A DNA stretch of 64,000 nucleotides from an uncultured Gammaproteobacteria bacterium (GCA_963976865.1 CAXBLY010000002.1:152539-216538); one strand, 5' to 3'. Counted from the stretch's first letter, positions 30,282 to 40,464 are shown. A program made the numbers and translations. Notes: a model not told the origin generated them from the sequence alone.

Positions 30282-31940
30282 ATGGCAATTAAACTCACAG
30301 GTGGTGAAATTTATGATCCGGCGCATCAGGTTGATGGCAAAAAGCAGGATCTCTACATCGTTGGTGGCAAGATTACACACGAATTACCTGATAATGAAAA
30401 AGTAACAGAAACGCATGACTTAAATGGCTGCATAGTCATGGCAGGCGCCATCGACTTACATACTCACATTGGTGGCGGCAAAGTCAATATTGCCCGAACA
30501 ATGATGCTTGAAGACGAACATGCTCACCCTCATGACGGGAATCATATATGCCGTTCCGGCAATGGTCATGTTGTGCCCTCTACATTCTCAACAGGTTATC
30601 GCTATGCCGAAATGGGTTACACCGCCTGCTTCGAACCTGCCGTACTTCCAGTAAACGCCCGCCAGGCACATATGGAAATGGCAGACACACCAATGGTTGA
30701 TAAAGGTGGCTATGTATTGCTGGGCAATGATGATTTCCTACTTGGCATGATGCAGAAAAATGTAAGTCAGGCCGCTATTAACGATTATGTCGCCTGGATC
30801 CTTGATGCCAGCCAGTGTATTGGTATTAAAGTTGTTAATGCAGGGGGTGTACATGCATTCAAATACAACCAGCGCCGACTCGATGTTGACGAAAGCGGTC
30901 CTGCAGGCAGCACACCTAGAGAAATTATTACCAAATTAAGTCGCGCAGTACATGAACTTGGTGTGACACATCCATTACACGTACATGCAAGCAACCTGGG
31001 TATTCCGGGTAACTTTAAATCTACTCTGGCCACTATGGCCGCCGCTGATGGACTACCAATACATTTAACTCATATTCAATTTCACAGCTACGGCACGGAA
31101 GGCGATTACAAATTCTCGTCTGCCGCCTGCGAAATTGCAGAAGCAATAAACAACACACCGAATGTCACTGCGGATGTTGGTCAAATCATGTTTGGCCAGA
31201 CAATTACTACTTCAGGTGACACCATGATGCAGTACTTTGGTCACGAACATGCACACCCAAAGAAGTGGACAGTCATGGATATTGAATGTGAAATGGGTTG
31301 CGGTGTAATTCCATTCAAGTATCGCGATAAAAGTTTCGTCAATGCACTTCAGTGGGCGATTGGTCTGGAAATTTTCTTACAGGTCAATGACCCATGGCGA
31401 GTGTTCCTGACAACAGACCATCCCAATGGCGCTCCATTCACCAGTTATCCGCACCTGATAAAACTTTTGATGAACCGCTCTTTCCGTAATGATGCATTCA
31501 ACATCATTCACGAAGATGCGCAGAAGATGTCAAATCTTGCCTCAATGGACAGAGAATACAGTCTGTATGAGATTGCCATCATGACACGTGCAGCACCCGC
31601 AAGAATATTAGGCCTGACCAGCCAGGGGCATTTGGGAGAAGGTGCAAGCGCCAATATCACTGTGTATCGCAAACAGGATGATATTGAACAGATGTTTGCA
31701 AAACCCTCTCTCGTCTTCAAGAACGGTACATTAATCGTCAAGGATGGCGAAGTAATCAAAGTGGTTAAGGGTGTCACACATGTGGTCAAACCTGAATATG
31801 ACAAAGGGGTTGAAAAGTCTCTCAGCAAATATTTTGATGATTACCAGACTATTTCATTACCCAACTTCAAAATTTCAACGGATGAAATGATTGAATGCAT
31901 AGGCAGTGATGTAGAAGTTCATCCATGTACTCCAAAATAA
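30282..31940 (+). CDS. fhcA: Formyltransferase/hydrolase complex subunit A (amidohydrolase)
   Basis: DLHTHIGGG, YAEMGYT, HVHASNLG, QWAIGLE and TTDHPNG. Confidence 0.96.
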   Translation: MAIKLTGGEIYDPAHQVDGKKQDLYIVGGKITHELPDNEKVTETHDLNGCIVMAGAIDLHTHIGGGKVNIARTMMLEDEHAHPHDGNHICRSGNGHVVPSTFSTGYRYAEMGYTACFEPAVLPVNARQAHMEMADTPMVDKGGYVLLGNDDFLLGMMQKNVSQAAINDYVAWILDASQCIGIKVVNAGGVHAFKYNQRRLDVDESGPAGSTPREIITKLSRAVHELGVTHPLHVHASNLGIPGNFKSTLATMAAADGLPIHLTHIQFHSYGTEGDYKFSSAACEIAEAINNTPNVTADVGQIMFGQTITTSGDTMMQYFGHEHAHPKKWTVMDIECEMGCGVIPFKYRDKSFVNALQWAIGLEIFLQVNDPWRVFLTTDHPNGAPFTSYPHLIKLLMNRSFRNDAFNIIHEDAQKMSNLASMDREYSLYEIAIMTRAAPARILGLTSQGHLGEGASANITVYRKQDDIEQMFAKPSLVFKNGTLIVKDGEVIKVVKGVTHVVKPEYDKGVEKSLSKYFDDYQTISLPNFKISTDEMIECIGSDVEVHPCTPK

Positions 31941-31944
31941 AATT

Positions 31945-32844
31945 ATGATTATTAACGGCGTTGTAATTGATGATACTTTCTCTGAAGCATTCTCCATGCG
32001 TGCTACACGAGTCATTATCACTGCAATAAATTATAAATGGGCACGTCATGCCGCAGAAACCATGACTGGCTTTGCTACGTCTGTGATTGGTTGCAAAGTC
32101 GAAGCTGGTATAGAACGCGCTATGGGCAATCACGAAACTCCAGATGGCCGGCCAGGCATGTCTGTACTTCTGTTTTCAACAGACAGAAAAACATTACAGC
32201 AGCAACTTGAAGCCCGTGTTGGTCAGTGTGTACTGACCTGCCCTACGACTGCGGTTTTTTCAGGAATGGAGAGCGAAGAACAAATTGCGCTTGGAAAAAA
32301 TTTACGCTATTTCGGCGATGGCTATCAAAGCTCAAAGCAGATCGGTGGTAAACGCTACTGGAGAATTCCCGTTATGGATGGCGAGTTTGTCTGTGAAGAG
32401 ATGGCAGGCGTTCAGAAAGCCATTGGTGGCGGCAACATTCTTGTCTTTGCGAGAACCGTTTCGCAGGTGTTACTTGCATGCGAAGCCGCGATTGACTCTA
32501 TGAGCATGTTACCAAACATTATCTTACCTTTCCCCGGCGGCGGGGTTCGCTCCGGATCAAAAGTGGGATCCAAGTATAAAGCCTTAAGTGCATCCACCAA
32601 TCATAATTTCTGCCCGACCTTAAAAGGCCTGCCAGGTAACGTGCTGGACAAAAATATTGAGGCCGTCATGGAAATAGTTATCGATGGTTTAACAGCGGAA
32701 GATATACGCCTGGCCATGAAACGAGGCATAGAAGCCGTATGCGATCTGGGCAAGTCACAAGGTATTGAAAAAATTACAGGTGGAAATTATGGCGGCAAAC
32801 TTGGCCAACACCATTTCCACTTAAGAGAGATTGTCAATGAGTAA
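31945..32844 (+). CDS. fhcD: Formylmethanofuran:H4MPT formyltransferase
   Basis: DDTFSEAF, TPDGRPG, RVGQCVLTCPTT, GSKVGSKY and GNYGGKLG. Confidence 0.96.
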   Translation: MIINGVVIDDTFSEAFSMRATRVIITAINYKWARHAAETMTGFATSVIGCKVEAGIERAMGNHETPDGRPGMSVLLFSTDRKTLQQQLEARVGQCVLTCPTTAVFSGMESEEQIALGKNLRYFGDGYQSSKQIGGKRYWRIPVMDGEFVCEEMAGVQKAIGGGNILVFARTVSQVLLACEAAIDSMSMLPNIILPFPGGGVRSGSKVGSKYKALSASTNHNFCPTLKGLPGNVLDKNIEAVMEIVIDGLTAEDIRLAMKRGIEAVCDLGKSQGIEKITGGNYGGKLGQHHFHLREIVNE

Positions 32845-33661
32845 TACAACTGTCACTTTTAATGGCCTGGCTAGCGCACGCATTGATATGCGCTGGTTGA
32901 CTGATGCTATTACTAACGCATACACAGCGGATCAAGCCAGCAAAATCACTATTCCAGTAGGCAATAAATCCATTGAGGTGGGCGAACTGTTCAAACTTTC
33001 TGGCAACTTCAGTAACAACGCCATCGAACTCAAAGACTCAACTGCAAAGCTGGATTACATTGGCTGCGCCTTGCCTGAAGGCACACACCTTACTGTCACG
33101 GGTGACTGCGGCCACTATCTCGGCGCACAACTCGCAGGTGGGAAAATCACTATTACGGGCGATACAAAAGATTATGCCGGCTGTTCGATGCGTAAAGGCT
33201 TAATTGAAATTAAAGGTAATTGTACAAATTATTTAGGCAGCGCCTTTCACGGACAAAAGAAAGGCATGTCTGGTGGAACAATTCTGGTTCATGGAAACAC
33301 TGGTAACTTCACTGGTGACCTGATGCGCAGAGGTATCATTATGGTCACTGGCAATATAGGTGACTACTGTGGAAGCCGCATGATAGCCGGCACCATCACA
33401 AACCTGGGCAAAATGGGTAAACAGCCGGGCATGGGCATGCGCAGAGGCACGCTGTTGCTACCGGAATTACCTGAAGATATGCCAGCATCTCATACGTATT
33501 GCGGTCGACATAACCTGGGTTATCTAACCTTACTTCTTCATGAACTAAGAACCTATGATAGTGAGTTCAAATCACTGCATTCAATGAGGCGCCGTGTTCA
33601 GAAATACATGGGCGATACATCCGTTGGTGGCCTAGGGGAAATTCTTATTTGGATAGGATAG
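32837..33661 (+). CDS. fhcC: Formyltransferase/hydrolase complex subunit C (GXGXG beta-helix)
   Basis: Repeated GXXMXXG motifs (GCSMRKG, GDLMRRG, GMGMRRG). Confidence 0.94.
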   Translation: MSNTTVTFNGLASARIDMRWLTDAITNAYTADQASKITIPVGNKSIEVGELFKLSGNFSNNAIELKDSTAKLDYIGCALPEGTHLTVTGDCGHYLGAQLAGGKITITGDTKDYAGCSMRKGLIEIKGNCTNYLGSAFHGQKKGMSGGTILVHGNTGNFTGDLMRRGIIMVTGNIGDYCGSRMIAGTITNLGKMGKQPGMGMRRGTLLLPELPEDMPASHTYCGRHNLGYLTLLLHELRTYDSEFKSLHSMRRRVQKYMGDTSVGGLGEILIWIG

Positions 33662-33711
33662 AAAACTGTTAAAATAAGTACCATCATACAAAATCATTAA
33701 AGGAGGCAAAC

Positions 33712-33984
33712 ATGCCTAAATACATCATAGAAAGGGAAATACCAGACGCTGGTAGTTTAACAGCAGCTGACCTACAGGGCATCTCACAGAAATCCTGCAG
33801 CATTCTTAAAAACATGGGTCCACAAATCCAGTGGGTAGAAAGCTTTGTTACTCAAAACAAAGTTTACTGTACATACATTGCACCCAATGAAGAAGAAATC
33901 CGCAAACACGCTGAAGAAGGTGGTTTTCCAGCGAACAGTATTGCAGAAATCAAATCAGTCATCGACCCAACTACTTCAGAGTAA
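33712..33984 (+). CDS. DUF4242-family small protein
   Basis: MPKYIIEREIP...QWVESFV...KVYCTYIAP...HAEEGGFPAN; strong AAGGAGG RBS. Confidence 0.8.
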   Translation: MPKYIIEREIPDAGSLTAADLQGISQKSCSILKNMGPQIQWVESFVTQNKVYCTYIAPNEEEIRKHAEEGGFPANSIAEIKSVIDPTTSE

Positions 33985-34006
33985 GTAACAGCTCCTCGAC
34001 AGACTC

Positions 34007-34077
34007 TCACATTCATTATCGCGGTGAATGTGAATATCCCGCAATACCTAAAGCCCTCACACAAGGGCTTTAGGTAT
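34007..34077. terminator. Two tandem hairpins between convergent genes (probable bidirectional terminator)
   Basis: TCACATTCA-N9-TGAATGTGA (34007-34033) and the 14-bp stem ATACCTAAAGCCCT-CACACA-AGGGCTTTAGGTAT (34044-34077). Confidence 0.65.
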
Positions 34078-34147
34078 ATGCAAATCCATAAGACTGGAAT
34101 AAAACAGACAATTACGTAAGCGGAAATTATCCAGATTAATCAAAACG

Positions 34148-35320
34148 CTACTTTAAGCGCAAATATTTTGTGTCAGTATACGACTGTCTCTCAGGAAGAG
34201 AATCCAGCAAACAAGATATTGCCCGCTCTGAAGTTGCACGATAGGCAGTAAGTTTCCCACCAAAAATTGATAGCATCCTAGGTTTCACTTTACGGTCACG
34301 CAAATAAATTGTCTCTCTCGATCTTTGATTGGCATCCTCTTTCTCATTTGGAAGGACACGCAACCCAGAAAACTGGTGTTTTATTTGCAATTGCTCCGGC
34401 TTAAGCTCTCGAAAATAGTGGCAGAATGTTTTCAGAAGATATTCAACTTCCTCAGCTAACGGCATCGTCTTACCAGGTTCCTGGGTGAATAAAGTTTCAG
34501 TTGTGCCAATGAGCGTATCTCCGTACCAGGGCATAACGAATACAGGTCTTTTATCATCCGGGCTTTCCAGGTAAAAAATTGCTTCGCCAAGTGATACCGG
34601 CAAAACGATATGCGCACCCTGCACGAGATCAACGGATACCTTCTCTTGTCTGGGCTGAACATGTGCAAGCACGCTTGAAGCCCACGGCCCTCCCGCATTT
34701 ATAATGGTTTTACTTGTTATAGTGATAGCTTCACCAGACGCCGGCATACAGCTCAGCTCACAGGAATTATCATACAGCTTAATGTCATTCACTTTAGTAC
34801 CAAGCATTAGCTCAGCACCATATTCTTGTGCAGAATCCATAACCGCACGAGTGAGCAATGCATCGTCAGTTTGTGCTTCATAATATTCAAAAACGGCCTG
34901 CAGGTTTTCCACATTTAAACCGTATAGCTGCTTCCATTCATGTTTTGTAGTGCATTTGAATCGCGCATCTCTCGAAAGATTTCCCAATAATGCATATATT
35001 GACAAGCCCGCAAAGATCATCCACGGCGGTCTCTTTGAATCTTTATAAACAGGAATATAAACCTTTTTAAGCTGAACAAGATCTGGTGCATTTTTTAATA
35101 AATAACTACGCTCCTGCAAACATTCACGCACCAGAGAAATTTGAAATTGCTCCAGATAGCGCAGCCCTCCATGAATCAGCTTGCTTGATCGTGAGGACGT
35201 TCCATGTGCAAGACCATCATATTGCTCTATTAAAATGGTTTTGTACCCGCGTACAGCCGCTGCCTGGGCTGCTCCTACACCGTGAATCCCACCTCCAATG
35301 ATTGCTACGTCATAATTCAT
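34148..35320 (-). CDS. glpD: FAD-dependent glycerol-3-phosphate dehydrogenase-like protein
   Basis: IIGGGIHG, GTSSRSSKLIHGGLRYLE, INAGGPW and GGKLTAYR. ATG 35320 overlaps the upstream stop (TAATG). Confidence 0.8.
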   Translation of the reverse strand: MNYDVAIIGGGIHGVGAAQAAAVRGYKTILIEQYDGLAHGTSSRSSKLIHGGLRYLEQFQISLVRECLQERSYLLKNAPDLVQLKKVYIPVYKDSKRPPWMIFAGLSIYALLGNLSRDARFKCTTKHEWKQLYGLNVENLQAVFEYYEAQTDDALLTRAVMDSAQEYGAELMLGTKVNDIKLYDNSCELSCMPASGEAITITSKTIINAGGPWASSVLAHVQPRQEKVSVDLVQGAHIVLPVSLGEAIFYLESPDDKRPVFVMPWYGDTLIGTTETLFTQEPGKTMPLAEEVEYLLKTFCHYFRELKPEQLQIKHQFSGLRVLPNEKEDANQRSRETIYLRDRKVKPRMLSIFGGKLTAYRATSERAISCLLDSLPERQSYTDTKYLRLK

Positions 35321-36051
35321 TACTGACATTCTTTAGCGTTGGCTAGTTTTACAATATCGCCCGTTTCAATAAAATGCACACCTTTCGTTAGCAGTTCACA
35401 GGCATAAGCGGGATCACGCACATCATACAAAGCCCATTGCCAGCTGCCGTTCCATAAGCAGGCGATATCATTAATCTTTTCAATATTACAAAATAAAAAA
35501 TCCGGCTGAATTTGTTGCGCCAGTTGTTTATGTTGCTGATCAAATTTACTTACAGCCCACCCTGAAGAAATGTCTCCCCTGGATTTAAGAAAAGAAATTA
35601 CATCTGCAACAAATGAAATGATAACAACTTTAAATTTCACATTAGCCAATACTTTTAACACTGCATCGACAACAACCTGCAATCCAAAATATTCAATACT
35701 TTGTTTTTTTATTTCCACAAATAAAGTAGTTTCAGAATAGTTATTCATTATATCAACAACTGACTGCAATGTTGGTATCCGTAACATTTCTATTTCATGA
35801 TCGTCAGTATTAGAATAATTAACCAGACAGGCATCAAGCTGCTTGGAAGTTAAGTCGTATATATTTTTATCTACACCTGCAGTTCTTAGCAGACTAGCAT
35901 CATGCACTACCATTGGCACAGCATCTCTGGATAGCTGTACATCTATTTCGATGTAAGACATACCCAAATTTAACGCTGACTGTATCGCCAACAAAGTATT
36001 TTCAGGATATGTGACCATATCTCCACGATGTGCGATCAACCTTTTCTTCAA
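35320..36051 (-). CDS. Glycerophosphodiester phosphodiesterase (cytoplasmic, UgpQ-like)
   Basis: IAHRG, PENTL, EIDVQLSRD, VVHD and EIK; no signal peptide; TTG start. Confidence 0.88.
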   Translation of the reverse strand: MKKRLIAHRGDMVTYPENTLLAIQSALNLGMSYIEIDVQLSRDAVPMVVHDASLLRTAGVDKNIYDLTSKQLDACLVNYSNTDDHEIEMLRIPTLQSVVDIMNNYSETTLFVEIKKQSIEYFGLQVVVDAVLKVLANVKFKVVIISFVADVISFLKSRGDISSGWAVSKFDQQHKQLAQQIQPDFLFCNIEKINDIACLWNGSWQWALYDVRDPAYACELLTKGVHFIETGDIVKLANAKECQ

Positions 36052-37472
36052 GGAAGTAACCTTTCAATCTCGGCTACAAACATTCTATAACGCAACATAA
36101 TTGCAGCGTCATTCTCCGGATATATGATTTCTGAAGCATCAAACTCCCAGGCAGGCCGTCCCAGTGCCAGCCAGGCAGCCCCTCGCGAAGTCGTCTCCTG
36201 ATAGCTGGAGAGCATAACTGGAATGGCGCATACATCTGCCAGACGTTGACAAAAATACTTATCCGCCGTTAATCCACCTGATGTTACAAGCATGTTCACC
36301 GCTATTCCAGATAATTGCATTTCTTCAATATTTTTCGCGATTAAAAATACAATACTTTCCATCAATGCAGCCTTACACTGTTTTACAGAATAATCATGGC
36401 AGGTTTTATTATTGTCCAAAAATCCTGGTGCAATAGAACTATTCCACCAGGGTGAGCCTAAGCCACCCACTGTATTTAGAAAGATTGGTACATCATTCGC
36501 GTCGTGCCACGCAATGTTTTCAATATCCTCAACGCCCCACTGATCCTCGGCCCAGCTCAAACTCGAGCCCGCACCATTGATAGTCCCCTCTACCGCAAAC
36601 TCACGTTTATTTTCTGAACTATACATAATGCTGTTCAGCATTTTAGAAGCTGCCGGTGCTTTCTGAAAATCACGTGCCAGCACAAACCCACCAGTGCCAA
36701 CATTTACAAAAATGCTTTTCGCCGGCACATTGGCATGGCCATACACGGCACTGTTTTGGTCACCATTCACAAGTATCAGCGGGAATCCAGCTTCATTTAT
36801 CACTCCGTAACTATATGTATTCGGAACCGGCACAGGTAACAAGTCCGAATCAATAGAAAATGTATCCAGCAAAAAATGATCCCATAGACAGGTGTTTAAA
36901 TTCCATAACAAAGTGCGATGGGCATTAGAATAATCGACATAAGCGGGATTATTTTCTACTAAATTATATATTAAGAACCCTGCAAGTGGCCCCAGTAAGA
37001 GCGATTTCTGTTGACGGGCATTTTGCACTGCTTCGCAATGTTCTAACAACCAGCGCAATTTGGAAGCACCATAATGCGGCGATATCTGCAAGCCAGTTAT
37101 AGATTTAATTTTCTGATTTGATAAATTCAGTTGCTCCAATACACATTGCGCACGTGTATCCAACCAGCTTAATGCAGGACTTAAAGCATTACCACTATTC
37201 ACATCCCATGCAATAACAGTTGATCTTTGTGTCGCAAGTGCAACAGCAACATCACTTAATTTATTTTTTAATACAAACTCATTAGCTTTACTCAATACAA
37301 GCTTGCATGAATCAAGAATTGAGTTTCCATTCTGTTCGAAATGAAACTGCTCAGGATTGATTAATTCAATAGCCTGGCGAGATTTAAATATCGCCTCTCC
37401 ATTTTTATTATAAATAATCGCACGCGTTGAATTTGTTCCCTGATCTATAACAATGATATGCGAATAGTTCAT
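36048..37472 (-). CDS. FGGY-family kinase, glycerol kinase-like
   Basis: DQGTNSTRA, TQRSTVIAWD, SPHYGASK, GDQNSA, GTGGF and ETTSRGAA. Confidence 0.85.
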   Translation of the reverse strand: MNYSHIIVIDQGTNSTRAIIYNKNGEAIFKSRQAIELINPEQFHFEQNGNSILDSCKLVLSKANEFVLKNKLSDVAVALATQRSTVIAWDVNSGNALSPALSWLDTRAQCVLEQLNLSNQKIKSITGLQISPHYGASKLRWLLEHCEAVQNARQQKSLLLGPLAGFLIYNLVENNPAYVDYSNAHRTLLWNLNTCLWDHFLLDTFSIDSDLLPVPVPNTYSYGVINEAGFPLILVNGDQNSAVYGHANVPAKSIFVNVGTGGFVLARDFQKAPAASKMLNSIMYSSENKREFAVEGTINGAGSSLSWAEDQWGVEDIENIAWHDANDVPIFLNTVGGLGSPWWNSSIAPGFLDNNKTCHDYSVKQCKAALMESIVFLIAKNIEEMQLSGIAVNMLVTSGGLTADKYFCQRLADVCAIPVMLSSYQETTSRGAAWLALGRPAWEFDASEIIYPENDAAIMLRYRMFVAEIERLLP

Positions 37473-37574
37473 AAGTGCGGTCAACCAGTCAATATTAGAA
37501 CTCAGCAACCTCAACCAGCCAGGAAACAGTATTAAATATGTCAGTCAATACTGACTCAATATCTTAAATACCAC

Positions 37575-37862
37575 TTAAGGCGAACCGAACATACATCCCT
37601 GTTCTGTCACAACGACAGGAAATTCACCCAGGTTTCTCATGGTACCGGCAACAGCATATTGCTCCAGTAGTGTGCCGATCCCACCTGCATCACAGCTTTG
37701 AGTTGCGGAATACAGCACGCGTAGAAAGTGAGTATCTGGTTGCTTACTTAGACGAAAACAATAACTTTCATTATCTGGCTCTTCCTGAATATCAAACCCA
37801 GAAAACTCATTTCTCAAGTAGTGTAATACAGCATCACGAATATCTATTCGGTATTCAGACAC
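37575..37862 (-). CDS. Hypothetical protein (~95 aa)
   Basis: Fills the gap behind tlpA on the same strand; GTG 37862 lies 10 bp after the tlpA stop. No recognised motif. Confidence 0.55.
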   Translation of the reverse strand: MSEYRIDIRDAVLHYLRNEFSGFDIQEEPDNESYCFRLSKQPDTHFLRVLYSATQSCDAGGIGTLLEQYAVAGTMRNLGEFPVVVTEQGCMFGSP

Positions 37863-37872
37863 AAGCTTAAAT

Positions 37873-38463
37873 TTAACCCTTAGTCTGCATGGTTTCAAAA
37901 ACCGCTAATCGCTCATACTCTTTCATAATGCCACGAATGAATTCAACCATTTCGTCAGAACCCCACTCACGCTCGCCAGTCGCTTTGTAAATAAGTTTAC
38001 CCGATGGACTAATCAGAAATGTAGTGGGCAGCCCTGATACCTCCCAACTAGATAAAGACATGCTTTTATCTATGAGAATATCAAAGTCGACCGGCTTATC
38101 TTTCAGGAATTGCTTTACAGTCGCCAGTGCAGGGCCCACATGGACGCCGACAACAACCAGGCCATTACTGCCATTTAACTTTTTATGCAGTTCATTCAAC
38201 GCAGGCATTTCCTTCACGCAGGGCGGACACCACGTTGCCCAGAAGTTGAGCAGAACAAATTTCCCTTCATAATCTGACAAACTGATATCTGAACCATGAG
38301 CGCTCATTAAGGTGAAATTAGAGGCTTCTGTGACAGGGATTTTATCCATTAATCCCCCTGCACTGGATACCGATACTACTGTTAGCGCCAGGACAGTCAT
38401 CATTACGACAGACAAGGTTTTAGTTTTGAAGAAGTTACTTATTCTTTTAACACTGTGTTTCAT
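37873..38463 (-). CDS. TlpA-family thiol:disulfide oxidoreductase
   Basis: N-terminal signal; LNFWATWCPPCVKEMP; GLPTTFLI. Confidence 0.92.
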   Translation of the reverse strand: MKHSVKRISNFFKTKTLSVVMMTVLALTVVSVSSAGGLMDKIPVTEASNFTLMSAHGSDISLSDYEGKFVLLNFWATWCPPCVKEMPALNELHKKLNGSNGLVVVGVHVGPALATVKQFLKDKPVDFDILIDKSMSLSSWEVSGLPTTFLISPSGKLIYKATGEREWGSDEMVEFIRGIMKEYERLAVFETMQTKG

Positions 38464-38494
38464 ATTTACCGCTTTGTTGGAGATATAACAATTA

Positions 38495-38521
38495 GTAGAG
38501 TCGAATTATTTAATTAAGTTC
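38495..38521 (-). promoter_or_regulatory. Candidate sigmaE promoter for the second tlpA
   Basis: Minus strand GAACTT-N16-TCTAC; the -10 element deviates at the last base. Confidence 0.4.
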
Positions 38522-38568
38522 GTCACTCCGTATTCGGTTAGCCATTGCGAGATAACCTTTTGTCAGGC

Positions 38569-39102
38569 TTATTTCTCAGATGTATCAGCCTTGGCATAAT
38601 CCTCAAATACTATTTTCAGGAAATCTACCATTTGCGGCGAATTCCACAGCCTTGAGCCGACTGCTCGATACGCAAAATCACCATCTGGCGTCAGTAAATA
38701 TGTTGTTGGCAGGGATGGAATTCCCCAATGCCCTAATTCCAGGTTTATATCCATAACGACTGGATAGTTAACAGGTGATATCTCTAAGTGTTCATTAACA
38801 CCAATCACATCTGGGCCGGCATGAATCGCAACCACTTCCAGAATATCCTCATCTTCAAATTGTTTGCGCAAATCTTCCAGCAATGATAGTTCTGTGCGGC
38901 ATGGTACACATTTTGTCGTCCAGAATGTCACTATCACAAACTTGCCCTGCAGATCTTCCAGGCTCATTTTGCCACCCGTTGAATATGGCAACGTGAAGTT
39001 CTCAGCATGCATAGTGCGCGGCATGGCATCTAACAACCTGTCAGCATATACGACAGAGCTTAAAAACATTAAAACAGTATAGACAATCAGTGTTATTTTC
39101 AT
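38569..39102 (-). CDS. TlpA-family thiol:disulfide oxidoreductase
   Basis: Signal peptide; VTFWTTKCVPCRTEL; SLPTTYLL. Confidence 0.88.
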   Translation of the reverse strand: MKITLIVYTVLMFLSSVVYADRLLDAMPRTMHAENFTLPYSTGGKMSLEDLQGKFVIVTFWTTKCVPCRTELSLLEDLRKQFEDEDILEVVAIHAGPDVIGVNEHLEISPVNYPVVMDINLELGHWGIPSLPTTYLLTPDGDFAYRAVGSRLWNSPQMVDFLKIVFEDYAKADTSEK

Positions 39103-39111
39103 ATATTTTAC

Positions 39112-40464
39112 TTATTCCACTTTAAATTCTGTGTCATGCGCCCAGTTCGGGTCATGTGAACGTATGTCACCAATGGGTGCTGCAAATCCATCAGCCACGA
39201 GTATTTCAATGTTATCGCCTGTCAGGCTGCGCATAAAAGCAACGAGCTGATCCATCTCTTTATCCGTCAAATTCAGCGGCGTTATTAGCGGACTCAAAAG
39301 CTCGTTCGGGACACCACCCTTATTATAGAATTCAACAACTTTGCGTAAACTGGTAAAAGCACCATCATGCATGTAAGGAGCAGTTAATGCCACATTTCGC
39401 AAAATCGGCGTTCTGAATTTCCAGCGGTCAAACGGATTTTGTGTGATCGTATATAAACCTACATCATTCTGTTTTGGTGTCTGCCGTACCGAGTCTATGA
39501 TTTCGGCATCAACATTTACAAACACTCCAGGAGCTAACTGCACACGTGTTTTCTCAGGCGTTTTACCCATAGAGACAGAGTAACCATGCCCTGTATTATG
39601 AAGCTGGTTATCAGTGAATAATGCATATTCTTCGTTGATCAGGTGACATGCAGAGCACTTAGCTTTGCCTGTAAACAGCCTGAAACCTTCTTTCTCATCC
39701 TCGGTCAACGCATCCTGCTGTTTTCCGTAATACCATTGATCAAATCTAGAATTGCCGGAATTGAGCGTTCTCTGATAACTGGCCAATGCCATTCCCACCG
39801 TTTCCATTGTAGGACCTTTGCCATCAAAAGCAGCTTCAAATAACCCCTCGTACTCTTCGATACGTTTTATTTTATTGATAACATAGCCGATAGAGGGATT
39901 AGCCATTTCGTTTCTTGCCAGCAGAGGCGACCACACCTGTTGCTCAAGACTATCTTCTCTTGCATCGTGAAAAAATACACTATAGTAGCCAACATTATAC
40001 ATCGTCGGACTATTGCGCTTTACACTACGCCCTTCAAGACCAATCGCCGTGGCTAATTCGTTATTAGCAAAGCCCTGTTCAGGAATATGACAGATTGCAC
40101 AGGAAAATGTGTCATTTAATGACAGACGACGATCGAAAAAAAGACGACGCCCAAGACTCACCTTTTCTTCAGTAATCGGATTATCGTCAGGTATCACCAT
40201 CTCAGGCAATCCCAGCGGCGCCTGCTCCACAAACTGAAGCAGATCAGCCTGTTTACCGGTTCGCGCGGTCACGCTTAATGAATTGGTTACATATGTTTCC
40301 TGATCGTAACCATGTTTGCGATCACCAGGTCCAAATATTGCCTCTTTGTTAACACCATCATCATTATCTGAACTTGCGATCAGGATAGTAGAGGTACTGA
40401 CCAGTACACAGCAAACAGCTAGTGATATAACCCAATAACGAGGCGTCAAAGAAGAAAATTTCAT
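39112..40464 (-). CDS. MauG-like diheme cytochrome c (bCcP/MauG superfamily)
   Basis: CAICH and CSACH heme motifs; LGRRLFFD, RNSPT and TAPYMHDG; Tyr380 at the MauG Tyr294 position. Confidence 0.9.
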   Translation of the reverse strand: MKFSSLTPRYWVISLAVCCVLVSTSTILIASSDNDDGVNKEAIFGPGDRKHGYDQETYVTNSLSVTARTGKQADLLQFVEQAPLGLPEMVIPDDNPITEEKVSLGRRLFFDRRLSLNDTFSCAICHIPEQGFANNELATAIGLEGRSVKRNSPTMYNVGYYSVFFHDAREDSLEQQVWSPLLARNEMANPSIGYVINKIKRIEEYEGLFEAAFDGKGPTMETVGMALASYQRTLNSGNSRFDQWYYGKQQDALTEDEKEGFRLFTGKAKCSACHLINEEYALFTDNQLHNTGHGYSVSMGKTPEKTRVQLAPGVFVNVDAEIIDSVRQTPKQNDVGLYTITQNPFDRWKFRTPILRNVALTAPYMHDGAFTSLRKVVEFYNKGGVPNELLSPLITPLNLTDKEMDQLVAFMRSLTGDNIEILVADGFAAPIGDIRSHDPNWAHDTEFKVE

